64,000 nucleotides of DNA from an uncultured Defluviitaleaceae bacterium (GCA_964533945.1 CAZHPA010000005.1:18213-82212); one strand, 5' to 3'. Positions 30,149 through 40,113 are shown, numbered from the stretch's first letter. Notes: generated by a model from the letters alone, not told the origin. Translations and numbers: made by a program.

Positions 30149-30751
30149 TCATTTAATCTTTCCAATAATTTCTATCTCTCCGCCGGCCTTATAGCTTCCC
30201 GTGCAATTGTATGCCCATCTTCCTTTGGAAAGCTTTATTTCTTCAGACGTGTTAGCAGAACCAATTGCAAACGCTTCAACTTGCTGGCCTTTGGGATTAA
30301 AGAAATATAAATTCACGTTTCCGTCGATATTAGAGTTAATTTCTAAAACTAATGTTTGATTGTCTTTTGCTTCAAAAAAACCTGATGAAATTATTCTATC
30401 ACCTTGACTTCTTAAAGCCATAATAACATTTTCTTCAACGTTTTCGGAATTGCTTTTGCTAATATTTTTACTTGAAGTTAAATCAACAGAATTATTTTTC
30501 TCATTCCAATTAACATCATACCCTATATGTTCAAGTATTTCTCTAACCGGCATATATAACTTTGAATCTTTTTCGCCATCTTTAACAATTGAAACAAGCG
30601 AATTGTTTAAAGGAATTTGCTTTCCATCAAGCGTTACTGTAGTGTTACTAAAATTAGCCTTTTTAATTCCGCCGGCAGCAAATGCCGTTGTAATTCCAAC
30701 GCTTCCAATTAAAATTCCGGCAACTAAGCTTTTTAGATGAAACTTTTTCAT
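30149..30751 (-). CDS. secreted protein with copper-amine-oxidase N-terminal-like (stalk) domain
   Basis: Signal peptide; LYMPVREILEHIGYDVNWNEKNNSV pattern. Confidence 0.65.
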   Translation of the reverse strand: MKKFHLKSLVAGILIGSVGITTAFAAGGIKKANFSNTTVTLDGKQIPLNNSLVSIVKDGEKDSKLYMPVREILEHIGYDVNWNEKNNSVDLTSSKNISKSNSENVEENVIMALRSQGDRIISSGFFEAKDNQTLVLEINSNIDGNVNLYFFNPKGQQVEAFAIGSANTSEEIKLSKGRWAYNCTGSYKAGGEIEIIGKIK

Positions 30752-30844
30752 AAAATACCCCCAAGCTCTAAAAATATAAACAACCTAAAAAGGCAATCAA
30801 AGACTGCCTTTTTGTTAATTTGAATTAAATTTTTAATTAAGATT

Positions 30845-31552
30845 TTAGTCAGCAAAAATAACTGTAACATCATTATGATATTGTAATACAGAAGCAGGGT
30901 TTGAAGGTGTTACAGGTTCGTTAAATGCTTTTTCAAGCATTTCTTTCTTTTCTGCGCCATTAGCAACTAACAAAATGCTTTTTGCTCTCATAATTGTACC
31001 AATACCCATAGTTATGGCAGTTTTAGGTACTTCATCTTTGCTGTTATAAAAACGTGCATTAGCTTCTATTGTGTCTTCTGTTAATTTAACTTGATGTGTT
31101 GCAACTGAAAAAACTTCTTCTGGTTCATTAAAAGCAATATGTCCGTTTCTTCCAATTCCTAAAAGCTGTAAATCAACGCCGCCTTTTTCTTTAATTTTTT
31201 GCTCGTATTCTGCACAGTTTTTGCAGCAGTCGTCGCCAATGCCGCTTGGAATGTATATTTTGTCTTCGGAAATGTTAATGTGGTTAAATAATTGTTCGTG
31301 CATAAAAGCATAGTAGCTGTTTGGATCTGTTATTGGAACGCCCCAATATTCATCTAAGTTAAATGATGTAACGCCGCTAAAATCAACTATGCCTGCTTTA
31401 TATAACTCAATTAATTGTTTATATGTTCCGACAGGAGAGCTTCCTGTTGCAAAGCCCAAAACCGAGTTTGGATTTTTAAGCACTTGTGCTGCTATTATTG
31501 TTGCTGCTTTTTTGCTTAAATCTTCATAGCTTTTTGCTTTAATAAATACCAT
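30845..31552 (-). CDS. nagB: glucosamine-6-phosphate deaminase
   Basis: GFATGSSPVGTYKQLIE, LLGIGRNGHIAFNEP. Confidence 0.93.
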   Translation of the reverse strand: MVFIKAKSYEDLSKKAATIIAAQVLKNPNSVLGFATGSSPVGTYKQLIELYKAGIVDFSGVTSFNLDEYWGVPITDPNSYYAFMHEQLFNHINISEDKIYIPSGIGDDCCKNCAEYEQKIKEKGGVDLQLLGIGRNGHIAFNEPEEVFSVATHQVKLTEDTIEANARFYNSKDEVPKTAITMGIGTIMRAKSILLVANGAEKKEMLEKAFNEPVTPSNPASVLQYHNDVTVIFAD

Positions 31553-31635
31553 ACACTAATTCCCCTTTAATCTATATTTTTATTAAGAATTTAAAAGCCG
31601 AAAAGCCGACTTCCAAAAAAGGCAGTCGGCTTTAA

Positions 31636-31709
31636 CGTACGCAAAAGGATTTGAACCCTCGACCTTCTGGTCCGTAGCCAGACGCTCTATCCAGCTGAGC
31701 TATGCGTAC
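31636..31709 (-). tRNA. tRNA-Arg, anticodon ACG
   Basis: The reverse complement folds as acceptor gtacgca/tgcgtac, anticodon stem tctgg/ccaga, loop ctACGga, T loop ttcaaat. Confidence 0.9.
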
Positions 31710-31990
31710 ATATTGCATTAATTACTACATATGGCACGAACGAATAAAAGACGTTCGGTTGCTATGAATTGCTACAACGTTTAATATTATAGCACATGAA
31801 AAATGTGTTGGCAACAGCTTTTACACAAAATATTTATTTTCATCATAATACATAAAATATTATATAAATATAGGCGTAATATGTTAGTATTTACTAATAT
31901 AATATTTTTAATTTTAAAATACTTATATACAAATGTAAAAAAATATGATACTTTTGTTAAGAATATACATTAAGTTTAGGAGGGGAATGT

Positions 31991-34900
31991 GTGGGGAAGA
32001 AATTTTTTAGCCTTTTGTTATCTTTAATAATGGTTTTTGGAGTTTTTAATGTTACAGCATTTTCTAATATTGAAAATGTTGAAACAATTATTAATGATTT
32101 TACAATAGGCGACAACATTAATCAATTTAAGTTTTACGGAAATTGGGGTACAAGCACAGGCTACCCTGATAGCTTTTATAATGGTGATGAACATTGGACA
32201 AGAAGAACAGATGACCAAACTACAATGTCGTACACAATTAGGTTTTTTGGGAACGGAATTAAAGTTTATGGCAATAAAGACGTTGCACATGGAGTTGCAA
32301 ACGTTAGCATTGACAGCGGAGAAGTTTTTGAAGTTGATTTAAGCAATTCAACAAGACTTTCTAAAGTGTTATTATTTGAAGTTTTGGATTTAGAAGAAGG
32401 CGAGCACACTTTAACTTTTGTGGGTGCAAATAAGCGTGGGCAATTTAGCGACGCAACAGGAATGGCGCTTCAAGTTGATTATGCAGTTATTTTACACAAG
32501 CCTTATGTTGCAACCGATATTTTAATTGATGAGCATATTAATATGTTTGAGTTAGGTGAAAAACAGCTTACGTTTTCTGTTGTTCCAAGTTTTGCTTCAG
32601 TATCAGACATAGCTTATTTGTCGGAAGATGAAAATATTGCAAAAGTTTCTTCAAGCGGTGTTGTTACAGGCGTTTCGCAAGGGACTACAGCAATTACAAT
32701 TTCTTCTGCAGCTGCAGGAATAAGCAAAACTGTTAAAATTAATGTGCTTAAAGCACCAAGTGCAGCTCATGTTATAGTTGGTAACAGTAACATTCACTAT
32801 ACGCAAAACTTATATGAACAAGTTGTTAATACTATAAATAACATAGAAAAAGCTTATGCGTGGAAAAACGACAAAATAAATTCTGAATTAGTTATTGCAT
32901 CAATACAGCCTTTAACTAACGTTACTGTTACGGCAAGCGATTTTATATCAAATGCACAAACTTTATCTAAAGACAGTATTAAAGTTAACTACATAAAAGA
33001 AGTTAAAGGAAATCCGGCATATGGAATGGGTGTTGAACCCAAACCGCTATTTCCCGATATAATTGATACCGACGGCAATACACCAATTAACATAGCTGCA
33101 AATAGGCTTCAACCTGTTTGGATTGAAATTAATACACCTAAAAATGCAAAGGCAGGAATTTATAGTGGGAAAATTTTTGTTAGTGCAGCAGAGCTTTTAG
33201 AGCCTATTGAAATTAATTACACACTTGAAATTTTAGACATAACCATGCCGGAAACAAGTGAATATAGCTTATCAATTGAGGCGTGGCAATATCCAGACAG
33301 CGTTGCAGCACACTACCAAGTTGCGCCGTGGTCTGAAGAGCATATTAACATACTTAAAAAACAAGCGATTATGGCTAAAGAATTTGCTTCAAACCAAATA
33401 ACCGTACCTTTAGTTGATACTCCGTGGATTTCAGCCGGAGGCATAGACCAAACATACACTCCAACATCTGGAATGGTTAAGTGGGTTAAAGCGGCAAACG
33501 GAACATTAACATTCGATTTTTCAATTATGGATAAATGGATTGAGCTTAACATGGAAACTGGAAATGTTGATAAAATTGCACTTTTTGGAATGATTCCTTG
33601 GTCTACTCCATACTCATTTTATGATGCTAATAACAATAAAACTATAGAGCATATAAGCGTTGGAAGTGCTAGGTGGGTTGAAGTTTGGACGGCTTTTCTT
33701 GAAGCTTTTGTGCCCCATATGGAACAAAAAGGCTGGTTTAATAAATGCTATATGGCAGCAGACGAAAGAAGTAAAGAACAAATGCTTGCAATGATTAACT
33801 TAATTGCCAAATTTCCTAGTTTGGATGGAAAAATACTTAAAAAATCATTCGCTCTTGACCATTTCGACGGAGAATACGCAAGCGTTTCTGCTGAAGCAGA
33901 TGCCGTTTTTGTTGGATATAGTGCAGTAGCAAACAACACTTCTGCGTATGAAGCATTTAAAAATATGCGTGAGGCAAGCAGCGAAAAGCAATATACAACA
34001 GGTATATACACTTGCACAGGAATGTTTCCGAATAGTTTTACATATAGTATGCCTGGTGAAAGCTATTACACTATGCTTTATACGGGAGCCAAAGGCGCAA
34101 ACGGCTATTTACGTTGGGCTTTAGACGCATATGTAGCAGACCCTTTGCGTGATACATCGCACAGACTTTTTGAATCCGGCGATTGCTTTTTAATATATCC
34201 TGATGAAGTGCAAAATAAGTTAAACCCAACAACAAAATTTTCCGTTAGACTAAGAAAGTTAATAGAAGGAAATAGCGATGTTAACAAACTTAGATATATT
34301 GCAAAAAATTCGGAAGTTTTAAAAGAAGACGTTAGCAAAGTTTTTGCAAGTGTTAAAAATGGGTATTCTCAAACAGGTGGCGGCAATGCTTCTGCCGAAA
34401 CTAAAGCTTTACTTCCTTCTGATATGGATAAAATAAAACAGCAAATTTTTGAGATTTCTAAAAAATATGAAGCTATTAATCCTGATAATAATGAGCAAAT
34501 GAAGCTGGAAGTATTTAATGCAAAAGGCACGCTTGGCAAAGAAGTTGTTGTAACAGTTAAATTATTAAATAATAGCGGAGTTAGCTCAGGAAGATTTAGG
34601 CTTTTATATGACAATTCTAAATTAACCCCTATTTCATATGAAAAATTTGGAATGTTTGATAGCAATGTATTTACTTCAAACATTGACAGCGGCGCAAGTC
34701 TTGAAAGTCTTGAATTTGTTACTTTTGCTTGGGGAAATAGCTTTGATGTATTTGATAATGGAGAAATAAAAATTAAGTTTAAAATAAGCGATAAAGCTAA
34801 TGTTACATTAATTCCTATCACTATAGGATATACAGACTTTTCAAATGATGCTTATGAAAAAATTGATGTTTTATGTGTTGATGGTGAAGTTGAAGTTACA

Positions 34901-35107
34901 GACATTCTTTATGGAGATATTTATGAAGACGGCGTTGTTAATGCTAGAGACTTAACAAGGCTTTTGCAATATCTTGCCCATTGGAACATTGAACTTTCTG
35001 AAAGAGAATTACAAGCAGCAGACGTATGCAAAGATGGAGAAATTAACGGAAACGACTTAGTAAGGCTTTTGCAGTATTTGGCTGAATGGGATGTTTTGCT
35101 TGGATAA
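31991..35107 (+). CDS. secreted DUF4091-type glycoside-hydrolase-like protein with N-terminal CBM-like domain, Big_2 domain, C-terminal cohesin-like module and dockerin
   Basis: GTG start after TAGGAGGGG; signal peptide; Big_2 (VVTGVSQGTTAITIS). Cohesin-like nt ~34499-34893. Dockerin nt 34910-35104: YGDIYEDGVVNARDLTRLLQYLA ... DVCKDGEINGNDLVRLLQYLA. Confidence 0.75.
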   Translation: MGKKFFSLLLSLIMVFGVFNVTAFSNIENVETIINDFTIGDNINQFKFYGNWGTSTGYPDSFYNGDEHWTRRTDDQTTMSYTIRFFGNGIKVYGNKDVAHGVANVSIDSGEVFEVDLSNSTRLSKVLLFEVLDLEEGEHTLTFVGANKRGQFSDATGMALQVDYAVILHKPYVATDILIDEHINMFELGEKQLTFSVVPSFASVSDIAYLSEDENIAKVSSSGVVTGVSQGTTAITISSAAAGISKTVKINVLKAPSAAHVIVGNSNIHYTQNLYEQVVNTINNIEKAYAWKNDKINSELVIASIQPLTNVTVTASDFISNAQTLSKDSIKVNYIKEVKGNPAYGMGVEPKPLFPDIIDTDGNTPINIAANRLQPVWIEINTPKNAKAGIYSGKIFVSAAELLEPIEINYTLEILDITMPETSEYSLSIEAWQYPDSVAAHYQVAPWSEEHINILKKQAIMAKEFASNQITVPLVDTPWISAGGIDQTYTPTSGMVKWVKAANGTLTFDFSIMDKWIELNMETGNVDKIALFGMIPWSTPYSFYDANNNKTIEHISVGSARWVEVWTAFLEAFVPHMEQKGWFNKCYMAADERSKEQMLAMINLIAKFPSLDGKILKKSFALDHFDGEYASVSAEADAVFVGYSAVANNTSAYEAFKNMREASSEKQYTTGIYTCTGMFPNSFTYSMPGESYYTMLYTGAKGANGYLRWALDAYVADPLRDTSHRLFESGDCFLIYPDEVQNKLNPTTKFSVRLRKLIEGNSDVNKLRYIAKNSEVLKEDVSKVFASVKNGYSQTGGGNASAETKALLPSDMDKIKQQIFEISKKYEAINPDNNEQMKLEVFNAKGTLGKEVVVTVKLLNNSGVSSGRFRLLYDNSKLTPISYEKFGMFDSNVFTSNIDSGASLESLEFVTFAWGNSFDVFDNGEIKIKFKISDKANVTLIPITIGYTDFSNDAYEKIDVLCVDGEVEVTDILYGDIYEDGVVNARDLTRLLQYLAHWNIELSERELQAADVCKDGEINGNDLVRLLQYLAEWDVLLG

Positions 35108-35178
35108 TATTAATTGTTTTATTTCAAGCAGATTATATAATTAGAAAATAAACCTCTTCATAAATTACTTTAAACTAA

Positions 35179-35225
35179 AACCCTGTAAATATGACTTTGT
35201 CATACTACAGGGTTCCTTTTATTTT
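35179..35225. terminator. bidirectional rho-independent terminator between DUF4091 gene and murP
   Basis: aaccctgta...tacagggtt outer stem extended to ~17 bp, followed by ccttttatttt. Confidence 0.65.
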
Positions 35226-35251
35226 AGTACTGTTTTACTAATACCATTAGG

Positions 35252-36676
35252 CTAAACATTTGCAACTAAATCGTCTTTTATAAATAAATAAGTAATTAAA
35301 AATCCGCCAATATAAGAAATTAAAATACCTATTGTATAATTAAGCATAGAACCCGGCTGCATTAACGGAATTGCAACTATCCCTGAAGGTCCCCATGCTG
35401 TTGCCATTACCTTAGTTAGCATTACATAAGCACCACCAAAACCTGCGCCTAATCCAGCTGTTATAAATGGTTTTCCAAGAGGAAGTGTTACACCATAAAT
35501 AAGCGGTTCGCCAACGCCTAAAATACCTGCAGGAAGTGCGCCTGTTATAACTTGTTTAATTCTTACGTTATTAACTTTTTTAGCTTTTAAATATATAGCT
35601 ATAGCTGCTCCAACTTGCCCTGCCCCTGCCATTGCCAAAACAGGAAATAGTGATACGCCGCCCATTTGTTCAAGTTGTACTGCATAAATTGGTATAAGCC
35701 CGTGATGCAGCCCCAAAAGAACCATTGGTAAAAATGCTGCTGATAACACATAGCCAGAAATTACACTTACAACAGGGTTTTGAGAATTAATAATAACGCT
35801 TAACGCTGCCACAAGCCAATCGGATACAAAGCCCGAAATTGGCATTATTGCAAAGACAAATACTACACCAACTATAATTAAGCTTAAAAGCGGAGTTACT
35901 ATTAAATCTAAAACATCGGGAGTTCTTTTTCTTATAAATTTTTCTACTTTTGCAAGAACCCAAACGCCTACTACAACACCTATAATACCGCCTTTTCCTG
36001 TTGTTAATATTGATTTAAGGGCGTTGTCTGCGTTATATAGCCCAACCATTTCTGAAATTTGATTAATTTGCGCCATTATTGACATTGCGCCAACCATACC
36101 GCCCAATGCTTCTGTTGCGCCGAATTTTTTAGCTGAATTTACGCCTGTGAATATTGCAAAATAGCTTAAAAATGAACCGCCTGCAAGCCCGCACATAAGC
36201 TTTGTTAAGCTCCAGAAAGTGCTTTCAGCACTTAATGCACCTGTGTTTTGCATTGTTCCAAGAAGGCTTGAAAGACCGTTAAAAATACCGGCAGCTATAA
36301 TTGCAGGTATGAGAGGAATAAAAATTTCGCCGATTGTTCTTAAAGCGCTTTTAAGAGGGTTTTCTTTTTGTGCGCTTTTTAAGGCGGTTTTATTTTCTTT
36401 CCAATCATCTGTTACGGCTGCATCTCTTGTTAGGTTAAACTCTTCAACCATTGTGTCGCATAGTTTTTTTGCTTTTCCGGGTCCAACAATAATTTGTGTT
36501 GTTACGCCTTCAACTAAACCTAAAACTCCTTGTGTATTTTTAATACCTTGAAAATCAGCTTTTGCGTTGTCTTTTAATTTAATTCTAAGCCTTGTCATAC
36601 AATTTGTTATTGTTTGTATATTTTCTTTTCCGCCGCAAAGATTAAGAATAATTTTGCCAAGTTCGCTATTTGTCAT
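35252..36676 (-). CDS. murP: PTS EIIBC component, probably N-acetylmuramic acid specific
   Basis: ATG 36676 after GAGGTG. EIIB motif NCMTRLR and a multi-TM EIIC. Specificity is inferred from the murQ/murR/mupG neighbours. Confidence 0.8.
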   Translation of the reverse strand: MTNSELGKIILNLCGGKENIQTITNCMTRLRIKLKDNAKADFQGIKNTQGVLGLVEGVTTQIIVGPGKAKKLCDTMVEEFNLTRDAAVTDDWKENKTALKSAQKENPLKSALRTIGEIFIPLIPAIIAAGIFNGLSSLLGTMQNTGALSAESTFWSLTKLMCGLAGGSFLSYFAIFTGVNSAKKFGATEALGGMVGAMSIMAQINQISEMVGLYNADNALKSILTTGKGGIIGVVVGVWVLAKVEKFIRKRTPDVLDLIVTPLLSLIIVGVVFVFAIMPISGFVSDWLVAALSVIINSQNPVVSVISGYVLSAAFLPMVLLGLHHGLIPIYAVQLEQMGGVSLFPVLAMAGAGQVGAAIAIYLKAKKVNNVRIKQVITGALPAGILGVGEPLIYGVTLPLGKPFITAGLGAGFGGAYVMLTKVMATAWGPSGIVAIPLMQPGSMLNYTIGILISYIGGFLITYLFIKDDLVANV

Positions 36677-36724
36677 GATTTTACACCTCACTTTTTTTAT
36701 GTTATGCCCTACAAATTAAATAAA

Positions 36725-37633
36725 CTAAATAATTGCTTTTCTAATATGTCCGCTTGCATTATTAAGTTTTTCTTTGGCAGCTTCTGCACTACAATTTAAA
36801 AGTATCATTACAATTGCAAGTTTAGCGCTTCCTTCAGCTTCTTGTAATTTTTGCTTTGCCGTTTCTCTATCGGTATCTGTTGCAGACATTACAATATTTT
36901 CTGCACGGGTTTTTAATTTTTCATTAGTTTGCATTACATCTACCATAAAGTTTTTATATACTTTTCCGAATCCAACCATAGAAGCGGTTGAAATCATGTT
37001 AAGTATCATTTTTTGTGCTGTTCCGGCTTTAAGCCTTGTTGAACCTGTTAAAACTTCGGGTCCTGTTACAGCTTCGATTTTAAGCTTTGCATATTGCCCA
37101 ATTTTTGAATTATCGTTGCAAGAAATAGATACAGTTTTGCAGCCTAACGAGTTTGCATATTCTAATCCTGCGCAAATATAAGGAGTTCTTCCGCTTGCGG
37201 CAATTCCTATAACTGTGTCTTTGTTATTTAAATTAATTGCTTTTAATTCAGAAACGCCTAATTCTAGGCTATCTTCAGCACCTTCCACAGCTTTAATAAA
37301 AGCTTTTTCGCCTCCGGCTATTAACCCTACTACAAGTTCTGGTGAAACCCCAAACGTTGGTGGGCATTCGGCAGCATCTAAAACACCAAGCCTTCCACTT
37401 GTTCCTGCGCCCATATAAATTAGCCGTCCGCCTGCCTCAAAAGATTGCGTTGCCCATTTAGCAGCTTCTGCTATTTCAGGCAAAACTCCTTCTATTACTT
37501 TTGCAATTTTTGCATCTTCGCTGTTCATTACTGTTACTATTTCCAAATGGCTCATTGCATCAAGGTTTTTTGTTAATTCGTTCTGGGTTTCGGTTGCCAT
37601 ACCTTTTAAATCAACCATTACCATGCCCCCCAT
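36725..37633 (-). CDS. murQ: N-acetylmuramic acid 6-phosphate etherase
   Basis: SIS domain, GAGTSGRLGVLDAAECPPTFG signature. TAATG overlap with murR; an alternative ATG at 37618 sits behind a GGGGGG run. Confidence 0.9.
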   Translation of the reverse strand: MGGMVMVDLKGMATETQNELTKNLDAMSHLEIVTVMNSEDAKIAKVIEGVLPEIAEAAKWATQSFEAGGRLIYMGAGTSGRLGVLDAAECPPTFGVSPELVVGLIAGGEKAFIKAVEGAEDSLELGVSELKAINLNNKDTVIGIAASGRTPYICAGLEYANSLGCKTVSISCNDNSKIGQYAKLKIEAVTGPEVLTGSTRLKAGTAQKMILNMISTASMVGFGKVYKNFMVDVMQTNEKLKTRAENIVMSATDTDRETAKQKLQEAEGSAKLAIVMILLNCSAEAAKEKLNNASGHIRKAII

Positions 37634-38475
37634 TATTTTGGTTTATATATATGTGTTCTTGAAAGTTGTTTAACAGAATATTCATATTGGCTATTTGCGA
37701 ACGCTGTATACAATATATCTATTATATTAAGTTGAGAAATTCTTGAAGACATAGCGCCACTTCTAAAAATTGATTCGTTTGCTGCAACATAAAGTGAATA
37801 GTCGCTATATTCCGATATTGCAGTTAATCCATATTTTACTATAGTAATTACTGGCGCTCCCGATTCTCTTGCGGCTTTGGCACATTCAATCATTTCGATT
37901 GTTTGGCCTGAATATGTTATTATTATTGCAACGTCATCTTTACGCATATTTCGTGCCTGCAAAAGCTGTGCGTGCCAATCTTCGCTTATTACACAAGGTT
38001 TATTTAACCTTAAAAACTTTAAATAGGCATCTTTTGCAACAAGCAATGAAGAACCTACGCCAAAAAGGCATATGCTTCTGCAATTAATAATTAATTTAAC
38101 ACAGCTTTCTAAAGTTTTTAAATTTGTTAAGTCTTTTGTGTTTTCAAGGCAAACTACATTTTTATAAGTTACCTTTTCAACTATGTCGGTTAGGCTATCG
38201 TGGCGTGTTATTTCTTTTTTTTCGGCAAATTGATTTTGCTTGCCAAGTGCAAGCTCACAAATCATAACTTTACGAAAATCTTTATACCCGTCGAATCCTA
38301 ATTTTTTACAAAGCCTTATTATCGAGGCAGCTGAAGCAAATGTATGCTCTGAAAGCTTATGTATGTTATCGTCAGCTACAAGCTCGGCGTTTTCTAAAAT
38401 GTATTTTATTATTGAAGCTTCAGTTGGGCTTGCATTTTTCTTATATGCATTAAGCCTTGCAAAAACGCTCTTCAT
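37633..38475 (-). CDS. murR: MurR/RpiR-family transcriptional regulator
   Basis: N-terminal HTH_6 plus C-terminal SIS domain pattern. Confidence 0.85.
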   Translation of the reverse strand: MKSVFARLNAYKKNASPTEASIIKYILENAELVADDNIHKLSEHTFASAASIIRLCKKLGFDGYKDFRKVMICELALGKQNQFAEKKEITRHDSLTDIVEKVTYKNVVCLENTKDLTNLKTLESCVKLIINCRSICLFGVGSSLLVAKDAYLKFLRLNKPCVISEDWHAQLLQARNMRKDDVAIIITYSGQTIEMIECAKAARESGAPVITIVKYGLTAISEYSDYSLYVAANESIFRSGAMSSRISQLNIIDILYTAFANSQYEYSVKQLSRTHIYKPK

Positions 38476-38559
38476 TTTTCCTCCTCCCCACTTAAGCTAC
38501 ACATACTTTGTTGAACTTTGTTTATAATTTAATTTTAAATTATGTAAACATAGTTTGCA

Positions 38560-38593
38560 ATTGAAATTATTAATTATGAAACTAAATTTCAAT
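38560..38593. promoter_or_regulatory. inverted repeat ATTGAAAT-N18-ATTTCAAT in the murR/mupG divergent intergenic region (candidate operator)
   Basis: Read directly; location between divergent MurNAc genes. Confidence 0.25.
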
Positions 38594-38760
38594 ACTTTGA
38601 AACGGTCTAAGTAATATATTATAATGTTGCTGTATTTTACGTAGTGCGTTTTATGCAAAATATACTAAATACTGAAACTTGCATATAATAAATTTTATTG
38701 ATATGAAATACATTTAATGATATAATTTATTAAAATTTAACAAACAATGGTGATAATAAT

Positions 38761-39807
38761 ATGTTTGGACGTTCTGTTTATTTATCTTCTTTCGACGATG
38801 AAAATATAAAAGAAAATTTAAAAAAATTAAAGCCGGGGTTTGTCTTTAGCTCATTTCATATAAGCGAAGAATTTAGCCATAGCTATTGTTTAAAAGCGAA
38901 AGAAATGTGCCTATGGCTTTGTGAAAATGGGTTTGAAATAATTGCGGATGTTTCTAAAAAGACTTTAGAAAAATTTAACTGCAAAAGCTTATTACATTTT
39001 GCGGATGAAATGAATATTTCGGTTTTACGAATTGACTATGGGTTTACACATGAAGAAATAAAAAATGCTGCAAAAAGTATGCCTGTTGCAGTTAATGCAT
39101 CTACAGTTGATAATGAAATTGCAAAAGACATCTTGAATTCTGGAAGTTTCGAAAAAGACGTTTATGCTATACATAATTTTTATCCAAGACCGGAAACAGG
39201 GCTTGATGTTGAATTTTTCAACAACTTGAATTTTAAATTAAAAGGCGATGGAATTAAAGTTTTAGCTTTTATTGCCGGAGATGAAAATTTAAGAGCCCCT
39301 ATTTATAAAGGACTTCCAACTTTGGAAAAGCACAGAAATGTTTTACCTTATATAGCATTTTTAGATATGATTAAAAACTACAGCATTGACCATGTTTTAT
39401 TGGGCGACCCCGGAATTTCAAATTTGCAGGCAAATTTAATAGATGAATATTTATCAACGGGCGTTATTTGCATTCCTTGCTGTATTGATGATGAATTTAA
39501 AGAGCTTTACGGGAAAACATTTACAATTAGATACGACAGCCCTTCAAGCATTGCTAGATTTTTAGAAAGCCGTGAATACAGCACTTTTGGAAAAGTTATA
39601 AATCCTAGAAACTGCATCGAAAGAAAACGTGGTAGCATTACTATTGACAATATAGGTTATGCTAGGTATTCGGGGGAAATTCAGCTTGTTAAGCGTGATT
39701 TTGGAGCGAATAAAAATGTTAATGTTATTGGAAAAGTTAAAGAGGAATATTTAGGGCTTTTAGATTGCTTAATGAATGGGGAAAAATTCAAATTAATTGG
39801 AGTTTGA
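38761..39807 (+). CDS. mupG: DUF871-family 6-phospho-N-acetylmuramidase
   Basis: 348 aa, MFGRSVYLSSF start typical of DUF871, context with murQ/murP. Confidence 0.75.
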   Translation: MFGRSVYLSSFDDENIKENLKKLKPGFVFSSFHISEEFSHSYCLKAKEMCLWLCENGFEIIADVSKKTLEKFNCKSLLHFADEMNISVLRIDYGFTHEEIKNAAKSMPVAVNASTVDNEIAKDILNSGSFEKDVYAIHNFYPRPETGLDVEFFNNLNFKLKGDGIKVLAFIAGDENLRAPIYKGLPTLEKHRNVLPYIAFLDMIKNYSIDHVLLGDPGISNLQANLIDEYLSTGVICIPCCIDDEFKELYGKTFTIRYDSPSSIARFLESREYSTFGKVINPRNCIERKRGSITIDNIGYARYSGEIQLVKRDFGANKNVNVIGKVKEEYLGLLDCLMNGEKFKLIGV

Positions 39808-39810
39808 TAT

Positions 39811-40042
39811 TTAAAGCTTAACATTATAAGGTTAGCAGACATTCAAAAGCCAAGTGCCTGTCGTATTTTATGTTAGTTGTTTAAAGCTTGACATTTTAAG
39901 ACAGACAGACGTTCAAAGAACGAACGTCTGTTGCGTGTTATCTTTATTACTTCTAAAACCTGACATTATAAGGTTGACAGACGCTCAAAAACCGAGCGTT
40001 TGCCGTGTGTTATTCCTATTGTTTCTAAAACCTGACATTTTA
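39811..40042. repeat. tandem array of ~3.3 degenerate 70-72-bp units, each containing a 9-bp-stem hairpin
   Basis: Units start near 39811, 39881, 39954 and 40026. The (t/c)t(g/a)acatt core recurs at 39818, 39888, 39960 and 40032. Hairpins lie at 39836-39860, 39906-39930 and 39978-40002. Confidence 0.85.
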
Positions 40043-40067
40043 TTGACGTTTTTTAGCATGTTTTTTA

Positions 40068-40076
40068 TGTTATAAT
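40068..40076 (+). promoter_or_regulatory. extended -10 promoter element TGtTATAAT (with TTGACG at 40043)
   Basis: tgttataat at 40068-40076. The TTGACG at 40043-40048 is 22 nt upstream of TATAAT; the alternative -10 TATGTT sits at 17 nt. Confidence 0.4.
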
Positions 40077-40113
40077 GCTATTGTTAAAAATTATATAAAC
40101 AACTTAATTAATC

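Noticed and set aside
39811-40042. CRISPR array interpretation of the 70-72-bp repeats
   Set aside because: The whole unit is conserved at about 70-75 percent, rather than short identical repeats separated by unique spacers. There are no cas genes in the window and only about 3 units.
39854-40075. 73-aa ORF spanning the tandem repeat array
   Set aside because: Its sequence is just the repeat unit translated three times (KLDILRQTDVQ / KPDIIRLTDAQ / KPDILL). It has no RBS, and the constraint visible in the DNA is on hairpin pairing rather than on codons.
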